Positions 30,180-44,250 of a DNA stretch of 64,000 nt are shown here, in pieces. Each line of letters opens with the position of its first letter. Positions within the stretch are counted from its first letter, which is position 1. The notes below the pieces were generated by a model. It ran no database searches. It worked only from the letters and a program-made list of their open reading frames with translations, and was not told the origin of the DNA. The position numbers and the translations under genes are program-made. Source of the DNA: Epiperipatus broadwayi (lineage: Eukaryota > Animalia > Onychophora); assembly GCA_028023455.1 (NCBI GenBank), contig JAQFVV010000007.1, forward strand, positions 15,252,001 to 15,316,000, written 5' to 3'.

Positions 30180-30385
30180 TATATATATGGATGGACAATT
30201 GAAATCTTAAACTGAATTCCAAGAGATTGTAAAAGACCCAGAAAGAAACCACATATGAGATGGATGGATGAAATAAGAAAGTGTGCAGGAATGCTGTGGA
30301 AAAGAGAAGCTAAAGATCGGAGATGGGTTGAACTTGGAGAGACCTTCATCCTGCAGTGGATTGATAATGGTTGATGATGATGATA
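30180..30385 (+). mobile_element. RTE LINE 3' end with (GAT)n tail
   Basis: Translates as RWMDEIRKCAGMLWKREAKDRRWVELGETFILQWIDNG*, followed by tgatgatgatgat. Confidence 0.85.
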
Positions 30386-31442
30386 TATATGTATATATTA
30401 CATACCAGTCTTATTTTGTATTTGATTATAAAAGTAGCTATTGCAAAAAAGGTTTGTCATAAACTCAATGAAGATCACTTCATTTCTGTTTAAGGAAAAA
30501 TTACTAATTAATAATTCATATATTTTTGTCATGCAGCTGTTATCTCTATGAAATTATTCACATGGTATATGAATATTCATGTGTTATAACCAACTATATA
30601 TCAACCAATGGGGTAAGTTTACTGAATTTTAACTAAAAATTTAAAGTCCAAGAAAATACCAACATCTTTCTTATCAGATGCTTAAGTAATATTTAACTGG
30701 AACTAGTCATTAGCCTTTTTAAAAAAAGTGTGAATGAATGCTGATTTTTATATATTTACAATCATGGTGGACAAAATAAATTGTGATCCTATTTCCTGAA
30801 GGTTGTAAGGCTGTTAGCCAAAACATATTTGGTGGCTGAAAGCAGATAGCCCTAAACTCTTCTAGTTATGTAAAAGAATTGAATATCTAGAATTCTGTAA
30901 AATGGTAGATAAAGAGTCAATAATAATAAATTATAACAAAGAAAGGCTAAAAAGCTGTGGTAATGTCTCAGAAATGATAAAATAAAATCACAGTAATGAA
31001 AAAAAAATTGTTTGAGCAATAACATTTTTTTTTTGACTTCCCACTTAATAAGCAGTAGTAGAATAATGTACTGTAATTAATGTGTGCAAACCAGCTGCTT
31101 TTTTAATATTTCCACATCTTTGTTCATTATGCTTCATAGTAATCTTTAAACACATAACTAACTATGTACAAGATGGATATCATTGCTTAAGTTATCTCTC
31201 ATCTTATAATTTTGTTTAATATAAAAACAGTTTCAAGGATCAAGCTTAGTAAGCCATTCTATTGTTCTATTGATTATATTATAATTATAGTTAATACTAA
31301 GAAATGACTTCTTTGTGGGTTCAAATTGAAACAGAAAATGATTTCTGCAGCCGCTTCACTTAATGACATGCAAAGAAGTACTTTATGACCAAAAGCTTTT
31401 GCAACCAAACATTATAAACTTTGCCACATGAATATCTTAAAT

Positions 31443-32357
31443 ATATACTGTTAATATCATTTATGTTCATTATTACTTTTTACAATAGTATTTTACAATC
31501 CACTATTGATGCTTTTGATTGCCCCAGCAATCTTCTTCAGAACTATCACAAACACAATATAAATACATGAATACAAATATACATGAACATATAATTTTAC
31601 ATTATATATATACATTCTATCTTATAATCACTATTTATATACCCACATATATCTTTGTATACATCTTTATATAATTATTAGCTTTTTATATGTTATACAT
31701 TTTAATCTTTTTTATATTCTATATTTATCAATCAATATATCCTATAATCATATATATATATATATATTACTTTTATTTCATTTATTTTTTTATTATTATT
31801 ATTATTATTTTAAATATTTAACTCTAATATTATATATTCATGTTAGAGTTAAATATTTAAAAAATTAATAAGAATAAAATAAAAATAAATGAAATAAAAA
31901 TAATATATAGAGAGATATATGATTATTATTATTATTATTCACATATAAAGTGTGATAAACAGAATAGCTAAAATTCAAAAAACATTAATCACAAAAAACT
32001 ATTTGCCAAGTGCTTTTGGTACCATATACCAGAATCATGGCATCATATTGGAACTGAACAGGTAAGTTCCAATATGTCGCCATGATTCTGGTAAATAGTA
32101 CCAAAAGCGCTTGGAAAATAGTTTTTCGTGATTAATGTTTATTGAATTTAACAACTCTGTTTATCACACTTTATATGGGAAGAATAATTTTCATTATCTG
32201 ACAGATATTTTGTATTATTTATATATGATTATAGGAAGTATTGATTGACAAATATATAATATAAAAAGATTAAAATGAATAATATATAAAAAGCTAATAA
32301 TTATATAGAGATTTATATAAAGATATATGTGGGTATATAAATAGTGATTATGAGATA

Positions 32358-32420
<63 letters not shown>

Positions 32421-32580
32421 GTAAAAATGTAAAATCATATGTTCATGTGTATTTGTATTCATGTATTGTGTTTGTTGTAGTTCTGAAGTGGATTGCTAGG
32501 GAAATCGAAAGTGTCAATAGTGGGATATAAAAAAGCATTGTAAAAATAATAAAAAACATAAATGATATTAATAGTATATG
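31443..32580. mobile_element. ~1.14-kb foldback with a family C HHR in each arm (31504-31544 -, 32479-32520 +)
   Basis: Arms reverse-complementary to a 9-nt loop at 32056-32064; AGTT-CTGAAGA-a-GATTGctggggCAATC-(G/A)AAA in the arms. Confidence 0.8.
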
Positions 32581-32799
32581 AATTTGGCAATGCAATAAGA
32601 AAGATAAAGTTATAAAATATCTTAAACAATATTAGACAACGATATGTTCTTGTAGAAAGGTATCAACAGCAATTTTGAGCACTGGCAAAGCTATATCTTA
32701 CATACCTTGGGTATAAGAAAGTAAAATTCACCATTTTGGGCAAAGAGCAGTTAGCACCATGTGCAACAGTGTATGAGTGTTTGCTCCTATGATATAGTG

Positions 32800-33060
32800 A
32801 CAATAATAAATATAAATAAAATCATACATCACATGACACAATTTTATAAGCTTGTAAATAAAAAATAATGAGCGGTGCTAATTGCTCTAACAAAGTTTAT
32901 TGATAAATGCCACAAAAGAAAGTACTTAAAAATCTCTATCTAGAAATTATTCCCAATCCTCAGATCACTGGGTTTATGCTTTGTCAATCCTCAGTGAGGT
33001 GCTAGGGCAATTTCAGATACTAGATCTAAAAATGCCAACTTATATGACAATAAAGTTATC
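32800..33060 (-). mobile_element. Family E element, degenerate HHR ~32955-33000
   Basis: rc reads ttttagatctagtatctgaaattgccctagcacctca-CTGAGGA, matching 49130-49177. Confidence 0.6.
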
Positions 33061-34112
33061 ATAACAATGTCACTGAGAAAATATATATAGTCTGTTTAGA
33101 TATGCAGTTATCAAATTCTAGAATCAGTAACATCTAAAGAACAAGTAATTGATTCACTTTCTGATATTAATTTAGTTGTTATAAATAAAATTGCCATTAT
33201 AAAAGAAACAAAAGATAAATTAATAGTTAAAAAGTATATAAATGGAAATGTTTTTATGAAGTTAAAGGTGAAATAAAAAAACAGTTGAAATATTCACTGT
33301 GTGGAACCATTGCCTGTTTATGACAAAAATAATGATGTTAATCTATGATGCAGTAATTATAACTAGAGGTATACACAAAATTTCAGGGGCTCTGTGCTCT
33401 TTTTAAAAAATCACATTATTGTCTTTGTTTTCTCTGACTGAGATCTAGAATTACCTTTACTTATGAATACTAGTAATAAATTACAGTAACAGCCACTTAT
33501 ATCACATTACAGTCAATTGTATATTTGAAAAAAGTACTTTCTTTATCAGTTGTTATGGGGAAATTATTAAACATAATTTTATACAATCCTAAAATTTAAT
33601 ATATAGAAATATCAATGCCAAATATCACAATACTATCTATTGCTACATTCTGAAAAGACATCCATGTTTGTTATGTGGCCAGCAAAGGATTACATGAAAC
33701 AAAAAAGATTAGGAACATTTGCCATAATATATTTTTGTAATAATTACCTTGAAAATGTTGCAGTATTGTCACGCAGATCTTTAATTATAACAGTGGTATA
33801 TTATTTTCCATAAGCTAACAGGTAATTAATAATTAGACTGCTTTTCTTAATCAATTCTGTTTTTAATTAAAAAATATGCAAAAAAGTTCAACATAGAATG
33901 ATATAGTCATAATTAAGAAAAAAAAAATGGAAGTCTTAAAATTATAACATTTTTAAAATTTTAATAAAAAAGATCAAAATTCAAAAAGATAGAAGCATTA
34001 ATATTCAGATCATAGCTATCAGAAAATAATAGTGGTAAGATTTGGCACAAAAAATAAATGAACGATAGAATGTCTTTGAAATTAAAAAATGGAATCTATT
34101 ATACTATATCCG

Positions 34113-34370
34113 TAGAATAAATTTTCTTGAATGTCTGCATCACCAGAGTAGTCAAACTAAAGGTTTATTATAAATGCTTTTAAAAGTGAGCACACACACA
34201 CGTATATATCCATATATCATGTAAAGTAAAATTAATACCTTAGAATAAATTTTCTTGGATGTCTGCATCACCAGAGTAGTCAAACTAAAGGTTTGTTATA
34301 AATGCCCTTAAAAGATGAGCACACATTCACACACATGTATATATCCATATATCATGGAAAAGTGAAATGA
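34113..34370. repeat. ~128-bp direct tandem duplication
   Basis: tagaataaattttcttg..gtctgcatcaccagagtagtcaaactaaagg occurs twice. Confidence 0.9.
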
Positions 34371-36769
34371 ACACACTGAAATTATATCAATCAAGCATTA
34401 AATCATGTTCAGATTTGCAATATTGAACAATCTTACTGAAAATTTCATGTTTTGTCAGCTGCTATGAGCTAAGCCACATTCAAATCGGTAGTTAAATTTG
34501 AGCATGAGCAATATTTTGTAACATTATAATTTCTTGTCAAGCATGAAAAATAGTGCTATTGCATATTTATAAGGCACACCTTTCTCAAGTTGTTCAACAG
34601 GTTCAAAATTCACCAATAATATGAACAGTCCTTCAGACTGAATAGAATTTTAGGATTTTAAATTTTACCCATGATTGTACTAGTTTCATTTTGCATCTTA
34701 AAATCATCACAGTGCTTACAGTGCATGATATTGCATTTAAAATTTTCTGTTAGACTGTTTCTTTATCATTTTATATCCTGTGCATTTTGGTATATTTGAT
34801 AAAGCTTCAAACTTGGGATTTGTAAGTCCCAGGATTGATTCTGGCACTTGCAGGTCTGACACTCAAACTTCTTATAAATTCCTGAGAAATAAAACCATAT
34901 AACTTTTTTTAATTATTTTATTAGAATGTTGCAAATGTATTAAAAAAACAATTAAACTTATCTTATAACAATGTGGCTTATCAAGTGCTTTATAAGAATA
35001 TATATATACTTAATACTTCCACTCTAAAATGCACAATTTTGAAACCTATACATAATAATACATGAAAAAAAAATACTCCCCAAGAACTATTTTATGCTAA
35101 ACTAATACTCTTCAGTTAACTCATGTTATCATATTTTATCTAAGGCTTAAGCATTTGCTTAGTATTTATCAATATCAAATTGCTAAAATTTGATCTACAG
35201 GGGTAAAATTTCCTGCAGTCACATTTTTGGTACCATTCATTTTGAATAAATATATTAACGATTATTACTAATCATTTATTTAATTAAAGAATATTATATT
35301 ACTTTTAGATCAGATATATATTATAAATAAAGTAACAAATTAATTTTGCTTTAGTTTTTTAATTAAACATTAACATGTGGTTATCATTAATCCAATTTCA
35401 TCACCTTTTTTTGCTGAAAAGTCAAAACTTTCCAGTTAAATCAATCTTGCATGGTGTCACTCATGTAATTTTGCAAATTAATGTTTTCCAATGACATTGA
35501 TATACTTCATTGATACCATTCCATATAGTATAGAGGTTTTGTACATTACATTTAAAATTTGTAACATTAATTGTACTGAACACCTGTGCAAGCAATTTCC
35601 TGTTCGAGTTTCTGTATGACTTTAAAATATATGTTTAAAGCAGATCGATGACCAAAGCAACATATCTTTAATGCAAAACCAGAATTCATTCTATTGCAAT
35701 TTTTTGCCAATAATACATTAAAGAAAAAGAAGTATAAAAAGCACACAGTACCATTATTTGACTTTAATTGTATTATAGGGAATAATCATGTCATAGGTAT
35801 AAGGTGGGGATCACACATCAGATTTAAAAAATGACTACATAAAAGTTGGCAATAATTTTTTTCAATTAAAAATGAACCTATACCTAAATTGAATATGATG
35901 TTTTTTGCAAAGTAATAATACATTATGAACTTAATATAACTGATTTTGGACAACTCATTTATTAAATAATATGCATTTTCTTAAAATTCTTAGCTCCATA
36001 TTTGTTTTTAATTGAATGCATATTAAATATAACATGGATATCTTTATTTTAGATCCTCAAGTACATAATCTATTGAATTTTGTTTGGGTGATACAGCCAT
36101 CATCATACAAATCAATCATTTGTACACAATAAGTTATAGGATGACTGGTTCTTTCTTGAATCTTCCTGCAGTTCCATCTATATGTCAATGATTGTGTTAT
36201 ATAGCAACATAGTACAAAGATTTTAAAGCAGTAGCATACCTGCTTCACAAGATGTGTTTTGTATATCCATTGACCACTTCCATAATTTTACTGTTATTAT
36301 AAAATTTTGCAAACTACTTGAAAATGTTTTTGTAATTTAGGATTCCACTGCCACACACAGTTCAAATCATTTCAATTATTTTAATAGCAGTTCTGTTGAA
36401 TTTAAAACAAAATTTAATCTTAATATGTTCTATTGTAGTTTAAGTATGAAAGACACATTTTATGTTGCAATTTATGGTACAGATACTATAGCATCTTAAC
36501 ATTTTTGTGGTACATAGCTAAACTGTGTACATTAGTTCAAAGATAACAATGGAGGAGGCTTGGAAAAAGAAATTATTGCTAGTCACATGTTCACTTAGAC
36601 ATAGTGTATATGCATGGTGATTGCAAACCTCCCAAATGCAAAATGATTCTGTCATTTTCTTTCAGATTTTATCATTGCTTATATATTTATAGAAAAATTT
36701 GTTTGCCATGGAGAATTCAGAAAGTTGTAATTTTAAGAGTGACTGGGTTTATGCAACATGAATATACTT

Positions 36770-36977
36770 TATTAAAACAGGCAAAACTCTCCATACAGTA
36801 GTGCCACTCAGTGCAAACCAGAGTAATCAATGAATGCCAGAAGGCTTATGCATAAAATTCCTATCTAGTGCCTACTCAACCAATATCTCCAGACTAGTGT
36901 ATGGAGAGTTTTGCCTGTTTTAATAACAGTTATGGGCAAGCATAAGAAATGGTGATCATGTGATGTTTAGTGGTTTA
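36770..36977. mobile_element. Short family A insertion with inversion, 12-bp TSD
   Basis: TSD ATGAATATACTT at 36758-36769 and 36978-36989; inversion junction lies in the HHR stem III palindrome (ccagactagt). Confidence 0.85.
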
Positions 36978-37234
36978 ATGAATATACTTCATGTTATCAA
37001 GTAAGTAATAACATTTGATTCAGATCTATGAAATCCAAGAACAATTTTTAAACAAAAAATGATTTATCTCTGCCTGATAGTCTATTAATATCCTCCCCTG
37101 TCTCATAGCCAAAGCAAAACAGTTTTTATCATTATTAATACTCACATTCTAGTAATTGAAAGCCAATCAGAAATACAGATTGAGTCAGTATATTGAATAT
37201 GATATCTATTAAAGATTTCAGGTTTTAATGGTAG

Positions 37235-37236
<2 letters not shown>

Positions 37237-37330
<94 letters not shown>
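37237..37330 (+). repeat. (TA)n microsatellite
   Basis: Read directly; other (TA)n runs at ~32363-32418, 15385-15440, 55670-55745. Confidence 0.95.
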
Positions 37331-37333
<3 letters not shown>

Positions 37334-37441
37334 AAGTTAGAACCTAACAAGTGGTAATCATTATTATACTCAATATTTGTCCACAAGAAGTCTGGAAATT
37401 GCTAATAAACTTAACTTGAAAAGTTAAGAAAGACCAGTCAA

Positions 37442-37537
37442 ACATTGGTGGCTGAGTGGTCTGCACAACTGTCTTACAAGCAGTTATCCCGGGTTCACAG
37501 GTTCACTTTCCAACCAATGCTTTGACACATGAAAAAA
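37442..37537 (+). mobile_element. tRNA-Gly-derived short retroposon copy
   Basis: cattggtgg..caagcagttatcccgggttc..ccaatgc plus tail tttgacacatgaaaaaa; related to 58492 and 63163. Confidence 0.6.
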
Positions 37538-37949
37538 GTTAAGAAAGTCCATGATTTTTGTTTTACAAGATTTGATCAAAAGACCTCACTCTTTCTTCTA
37601 AACTTGATGGGTGTAGAAATAAATCTAGAAAAACTATGGTAGCTGCTGACAATAAAATTTTTCACCTTATATATCAGACTTATAAGCCTAATACTGACAG
37701 AACCAGAAAAAACAACTCGTGATTAGAACTATATTTTCTCTTTTACAAAGTCTATGTTATCTGAACATAGTAAAATCTCATTAATGGTCTACCTTCTCTT
37801 TAACTGTCTTTAAAAATGAAAGCATTCAGATGAGAGTAAACACATTTTTAAATTTTTTTATAAATTTTGGATCCAAAGTCAAAACATGAATACAAAACCT
37901 ATTTAACAGTATTTCTCATCATTATCAGTTTCAACTATAACCAAACAAC

Positions 37950-39150
37950 TGCAGAATAAAGACTTATCTGAGTTTAATTCAATTTCTCTAATCTCTAGCC
38001 TTTTTCACAAATTCCTACATGTGGTATTTTTTGAGGGTATTTTACAAACTTTTGGTGTCCAATTTAAAACTTTAACTATTCACCACTTTTTCTAGCAATA
38101 TTTTCACTCCATCTTTATTTCAATGCCTTAATTCTTTCAATGATGTCATTAATATTTGTTGGTTCTTTTCTTTATGTATTCCATTTTCAATCTATTCTTG
38201 AAAGCAACATTATAAAACCCTTAATAATTAATTAACAACCCAAATGATGATCATAAACATATAATTACAGTGTTTTCTCTATGATCTTTATGAAACAGTA
38301 ATCTTTTTATTGACTTTTGCTTCACTCCATTGCACATTCCAATTCCAACGTGCCTATAATACCATCCTAAACATTTTTCCTCGGTTTCATGGTGCATTAT
38401 GCTTCACTGCTGTTTCCTCTATGAACATCTCTCCTCCTCCTGAGAAGAGCTGGTTGTCATCCTTATTAGAGCACATCTCAAAATTTACCAGGGTACCTAT
38501 TCAACTAAATTCTCAAAAAATTAACTTTGGGAGGCATATCATCTTATTAATAATGATACTCCTCCTTATCCTTCTATTTTATCCTTCTCTAATCATACCA
38601 TTATTAAAAAATTCAAGCAGTGGCATCTGGAACCTAAATATTTAGACTTTCTGATCAAGATAAACCTAAATGCTCTTATTTTCTGGTTACATGTAGGGGT
38701 TTCTGTATAGACTAGGTCTACCATTTATGACATAGGAATGATGAGACCATGATGCATATTTTCTGTCATCACTTCAATGTTATAGAGACATTATAGCCTC
38801 CATCTATATAAGCTAGAAGCCTACTCTCACTACCCTGATTAGTAGTATAGGCAATTATTTGTTTCCATCTATTAGGATTTCCACTTTCTTACTCTTTGCA
38901 TATTGGTCCATTAGATGTATGCCTATCTTTAATCCTACTATTGATAATCCCCATCAATTATTCATATTAGAGATTCGGACTATCCATGATAAAGACAAAA
39001 AATTAGCTCCTTTGTTGATTTTTAAGACTACATGGGACCTTCTTTCCATTGCAGATTTTCGTTTATGATGCTTCAGCTGTACACTTAGTTGTTCCTGACT
39101 GCAAGACTAGTTGTGTGATCATCATTCTGGCTTTGTCATTAACTGTATTT
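37950..39150 (-). mobile_element. Decayed LINE remnant (probable endonuclease region)
   Basis: Purine-rich minus strand like the LINE at 50140-51660; YRHVG resembling the FNxHVG motif near 38350. Many stops. Confidence 0.35.
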
Positions 39151-40141
39151 CTTTCATCATTGTACTAATGTAATCATTTATATAAGTAATAAAGTTCTTA
39201 TGAGAAAAGAAAAACAGTAATTTTTTTATTAAAAAATTATGCCACTGGTCAAAGAAATATTTATGTTTAGAACAATCAGTATTCATATCAAGAATTAAAT
39301 TGCGTGAATAATTGCTATTTTATCTACACACATTAAAGAAGGCTTTCAAAATAAACTAAACACTGGTGATATCTTTATTAATCCATTATCAGAAGGACTT
39401 TAAAATGCAATGTCTCAGCTCTAAAATATATAAAATTATTGATTTATTTGATAAAATGTTCTTCAATAGAAAAATTTAAGATCTAAATGATAATCATGTC
39501 AAATACAAAATTGTACAGAATCCTTTATTAAAAGATAAGTTTTTTTATTTACTTCCTTTAATTTAATACGTTTATCTGTGATTTCTCAGAAACAGAACAC
39601 AAAGTTTGTCTATTCAAATAATAGTGTTCTGACATCACATTAAAAAAACTTATTCCCGAAGAAATAAAGTTTTTTAGTAAAAATAGGAAACATTTGAAAA
39701 TTTTAGCCCTGGTGGCACATTCCTAATCCTGCAAACACAATCTATTTAACTTTCTATCTCAACAAAAGGAAAGCCATCAATAGATGAGATTCCTGCTTCT
39801 CGATATCCAAGAAATGGACTTGTTACACAATTTGCATACATTTGCATATATTAACGATAACACAAAATAGAGATGGTTACAGGCTATGAATATGAGAGCA
39901 AATATGCCCTGAAAGCACTAAGCTAATAATATACACAGTTAAAATAATAGCTTCACTGATGAACGATGGAAGCACAATATAATAATAAAAGGGAAGAACT
40001 TAAGTTAATTAAACATGACCTTTGCAAATACTGAGATTTATAATAAATTTAAAATTAATTTTTGAAAAATTGGTGATACGACTTAGGTTGTAATGCAAAT
40101 ACTTAAGAATAACTTTTTAAGCACTTTGTGTGCTCTAGCAT

Positions 40142-40702
40142 TAAACATGCAAAACTCTCCATACATATTGCCACTCATGCAAGCCAGAGTAATCAATGGA
40201 TTCCAGAAGTCTTGTGCATAAAATCCCCATCTAGTGCCTACACATCCAATATCCCCAGACTAGTTTTTGGCTTGTGACCTTCATTAGTGAGGAGCCTTAA
40301 ATCTGAGAGCACTGCATCTAGATCTTAGGATCTAATGCAACCTTCCAGCAGCCATCTTTGATCTCTACTTAACTACAAAACTATGAGTCTTAAATTGAAA
40401 ACAGTATAATATTTTCAATCCAAGTTCATTAGCTTATATAATCATATAGGTCTGAACTCAGTTCAGTACCTATCCATTTAGGTGTCTTTAGTTCTTTGAT
40501 AACCATAGCCACCACTATCCTCTTAGGCAGGTTTGGTTTTAAGCCAATAAACATCACATGATCACCATTTCTTATGCACAAGCATTTTCTGCACAAACCT
40601 TCTGGCTTGCATTGAGTGGCAATATGTATGGAGAGTTTTGCCTGTTTTAATAACAGTTATAAGAAAGCATAAAAAATGGTGATCATGTGATGCTTATTGG
40701 CT
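40142..40702. mobile_element. Full family A unit (-) plus inverted 3' segment, inactivated HHR 40252-40293, 13-bp TSD
   Basis: TSD TGTGCTCTAGCAT at 40129-40141 and 40703-40715; core CTAATGA...AAAA-CTAGTC. Confidence 0.9.
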
Positions 40703-41759
40703 TGTGCTCTAGCATACTTGCATGTTTATGAATAACTGAAGGTACTAAAATATATAGTCACCGAACTGAGCTCAGATATTTATAATTATTCAGAAGGTTG
40801 GCTTGGGTTCAAAAATCTTAGGCTGATTTGAATTTTAGATTTTTAGCCTAACACATAAGTGGTGGATGGAAGCATGTTTGTATTTCCACCAACTTTGAAT
40901 CCTGAGCCACAGTAGTGAAGATAAAAGCCAAAAACTAAACCTGATGCTAGTGATTTAAATGCATCCAAATCATTGATTATTCATATTTATGGCTAAAAGA
41001 ACTAAATGGAGAGTCGTCTTATAATTAAAATATTGCCATCAGAAATATTATCGCCACATTCAAGTTACTCCTTTGTTGTGGATATTTTATGGTATTTCAA
41101 CATTAAGGGAGTTACCTTTCAGAACATATCTAAAAACAACTATTAAAAGATCATAATTAGTGTTAACTTAAAGTAGTTTCATCACTTAAAACATAATTTA
41201 AATTAAGGTATGTTTTTGGATGTGTTAACCAAGAAATTCTACAAATAATTAAAGAATCACAACCTAAAAATTGGGCTTTATATTAAGACACCAAATATTT
41301 TTTTAGGATTAAGCAAAACAAAAACAAGTAAGGATTTAATCTTACTAAAAGCAATTGGAATCCCATCAGTGGATTTAATGCCACCCTTAATTGTTATTCC
41401 TATCTGCTTTAGAGATAAAATTTAACAGCTGTGGCCAAACTCAAAACATAAACTATCTAATCAGATAGTTCCTCAATCTACATATGTGTGAATCTAACTC
41501 TTCAATGAAGTGATTACAGATTTATTTATGGTGGTTGCAAGAAAGTAAATATTTTTAAAAGAAAATCTTTGGTCTAAATAAATTAAACTTTAGAAGCAAA
41601 TTTTATACTTATTTTAATTTACTTTTCAAAACTATTTTTTTTAATAATACCTCACATATTAATATGTTTTAATGCAGAACTGAGCAGCTAATTAAAAATA
41701 ACTTTATAAATAATATTTACAAGTACAAATATCTTGTTCAGATTTTTAATACAAATTTA

Positions 41760-42930
41760 AACAAAATGGATGGAAATAATTATGGAATTAAATTTGGATG
41801 GATTGCTTTTGGTAAAAGTAACTTAATATTAAAAGAAAATATGGCTATGTATTTGAAAGGAAAGGCTTTTAATAACTGTGTTTTACCAGACTGCACTTAT
41901 GGATCTGAGATTTTGACATTTAACTGAAGAACAATTTAAAGGTTTTAGACAATACAGCAAAATATAGAAATATATATGTAGAGAAAAACCAAAACACTTT
42001 GTTAAAAAAGAATATCAGAGTCTACACTCTCCATATAGTAGCATCATTCAGTTCAAGTCAGAGTAATCAATGTATGCAAGAAGGTTTGTGAATAAAAGCC
42101 CTACCTACTGTCTATTCATCCAATATCCCCAGACTAGTTTCTAGCTAGTGGCTTTCAGCAGTGAGGATACTTGAATCTAAGAGCACTGTATCTAGACCTT
42201 AGGATTTAATGCAACTCTCATGCAGCCATATTTTACCTTGTGAGCTTACTATAAAGCTTTGAGTACAAAATGAAAACACAAAAATGTTGTTAATTCAAGC
42301 TCATTATCTTATATAGTTGTATAGATATGAACTAAGTTCAGCATCCATACTATTTTTATAGTTAGATAATAAGATAGAGGTGACTGTTGGAGGGTTGTAT
42401 TAGATCCTAAGATCTAGGTGCAGTGCTCTCAGATTCAAGGTTCCTCACTGATGAAAGCCACAAACTAGAAACTAGTCTGGGAATATTGGATGAGTAGGCA
42501 CTAGATAGGGATTTTATGCACAAACCTTCTTGCATCCATTGATTACTCTGGTTTGCATTTAATGGCGCTACTGTATTGAGAATTTAGCCTCTGTGTAAAC
42601 AGCTTATATAAGCATAAAAAATGTTGATCATGTGATGTTTAGTGGTTTAAAAAAGAATATATGTATCATTAACATTATTGAAAGAATTAAGTGATTAAAA
42701 TGGAGTTGGTTTGGACATATTACTAAAAGAGGTGATAAAAGATGGATTGTTGAAGTCTTAAATCGTATAGACCAATAAAAAGACCATATGTGAGAAGGAT
42801 GTTTGAAATAAGGGAGTTTGAAAATGTGATGTGGAGAAGAAATGCTATGGATCAGAGTAGGTAGATTAAAGTTGGAGAAACCTTCATCTTTCAGTGAATC
42901 GATAGTGATTAGAAAGAATTATTATAATGA
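41760..42930 (+). mobile_element. RTE LINE RT C-terminal remnant split by family A insertion
   Basis: IKFGWIAFGK..CVLPDCTYGSE before 42016; WSWFGHI..gagaaaccttcatctttcagtg after 42660. Confidence 0.75.
42016..42646. mobile_element. Family A head-to-head pair, HHRs 42126-42167 (-, A6 to C) and 42441-42481 (+, core intact), 14-bp TSD
   Basis: TSD TTAAAAAAGAATAT at 42002-42015 and 42647-42660; plus HHR cctca-CTGATGA-aAGCcacaaACTa-GAAA-CTAGTC-tggg. Confidence 0.92.
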
Positions 42931-43984
42931 TGATAGATATTAATTTAAAGACAAATTTTCATAGAATATTTTTTTCTAAACAATTATAACTTCAATTATA
43001 AATTTCTGTCCAAATTTAAGTAATAATATTTAAAATTTTTCATATGTAGTCTGATTATTCCTTTTTATGTTTTTATTAAGCTCACCCCCCCCTCCCCAAA
43101 TACATTTAATTGCTCTAAGTCATAATTTTCTTTTCTTTTTAAATACATTCTTAGTCATTTGAAAATAATTATTTTGTTACACATTTACTTTTATTTTTCT
43201 GACTGACTCCATTTAGAAAAAAAGATCATTACGAACAATTAATACTGTTACATTAATTTTGTGTATTTGAAAATTACCTTTCGTGAATTAAGCAAAAGCC
43301 GCCGCCATCATTACGCTGAAATGGATTAAAGTAAAACACTCCAGTTCTTTTAGCACGAAAGACGTTAAAAGCAAAAGTTTTAACATTTAATGATATGATT
43401 TCTATTTTATATATGTACAATATGCTTTCTCTTTTGTCATAATTAATTAGAATAATATGAAGAACCTACTTAAAAGTTATAGTTAGGTAGGAGACGATTG
43501 ATTCCGGGTAAAGTGAAACTCAACTTTTAACAAACCTATTATTTCTACACTGATTAACAACGAATATTTCTTAAAGCTCTGATTTATTTATTTTTTTCTA
43601 ATTATTATTAGTGTTCTATATTATGGTGATAATCAGATATTTGAGTTTAAATCCATGGATTACGCCCCATGTCAGTCGTTTGGCACTGGTATCCTAGGAA
43701 CTCCTGAACCATAAAACCGTCCAATTATTTTTTATTTCATAAAATCTCTATGCTGCTTTTCTAAAAACTATTGTTATTTTGTTGCAAATATTCACAAAAA
43801 TATGTCGTTAAATAATTTATTATTATTGACATTTTATTTTTATATACATCATTTGTAAGACAAAAATGTATGTAAATATAAATATATTTGTTTTATTCAA
43901 GAAGTATAATAACTACTAAACATCACATGATCACTACTATATGGAGAGTTTTGCTTTGTTTTGAATTGTTTAAGTATAATAACT

Positions 43985-44250
43985 ACTCTTTCTTATTGCA
44001 TTGCCAAATGTATACCATATAATACTAAATTGTCCATTCACTTTACTTCTGTTACACAATGCTTTATTTCCACCCGTTTTTACAGTTTCAATTGCCCCAG
44101 CAATCTTCTTCAGAACTTTATATCTCCTAGTTCTGAAGAAGATTGCTGGGGAAATCAAAACTGTAAACTGTAAAATAGGGTGGCAAATAAAGCATTGTGT
44201 AACAGAAGTAAAATGAATGGGCAATTTAGTATTATATGGTATATTTGTTT
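43985..44250. mobile_element. Family C head-to-head inverted repeat with two HHRs (44077-44117 -, 44129-44169 +)
   Basis: AGTT-CTGAAGA-a-GATTGctggggCAATT-GAAA-CTGTA and AGTT-CTGAAGA-a-GATT..AATC-AAAA-CTGTA-AACT. Confidence 0.8.

Noticed and set aside
33777-33821. Plus-strand candidate exon (cgcag|...cag|gtaatt)
   Set aside because: Stop codons in all three frames.
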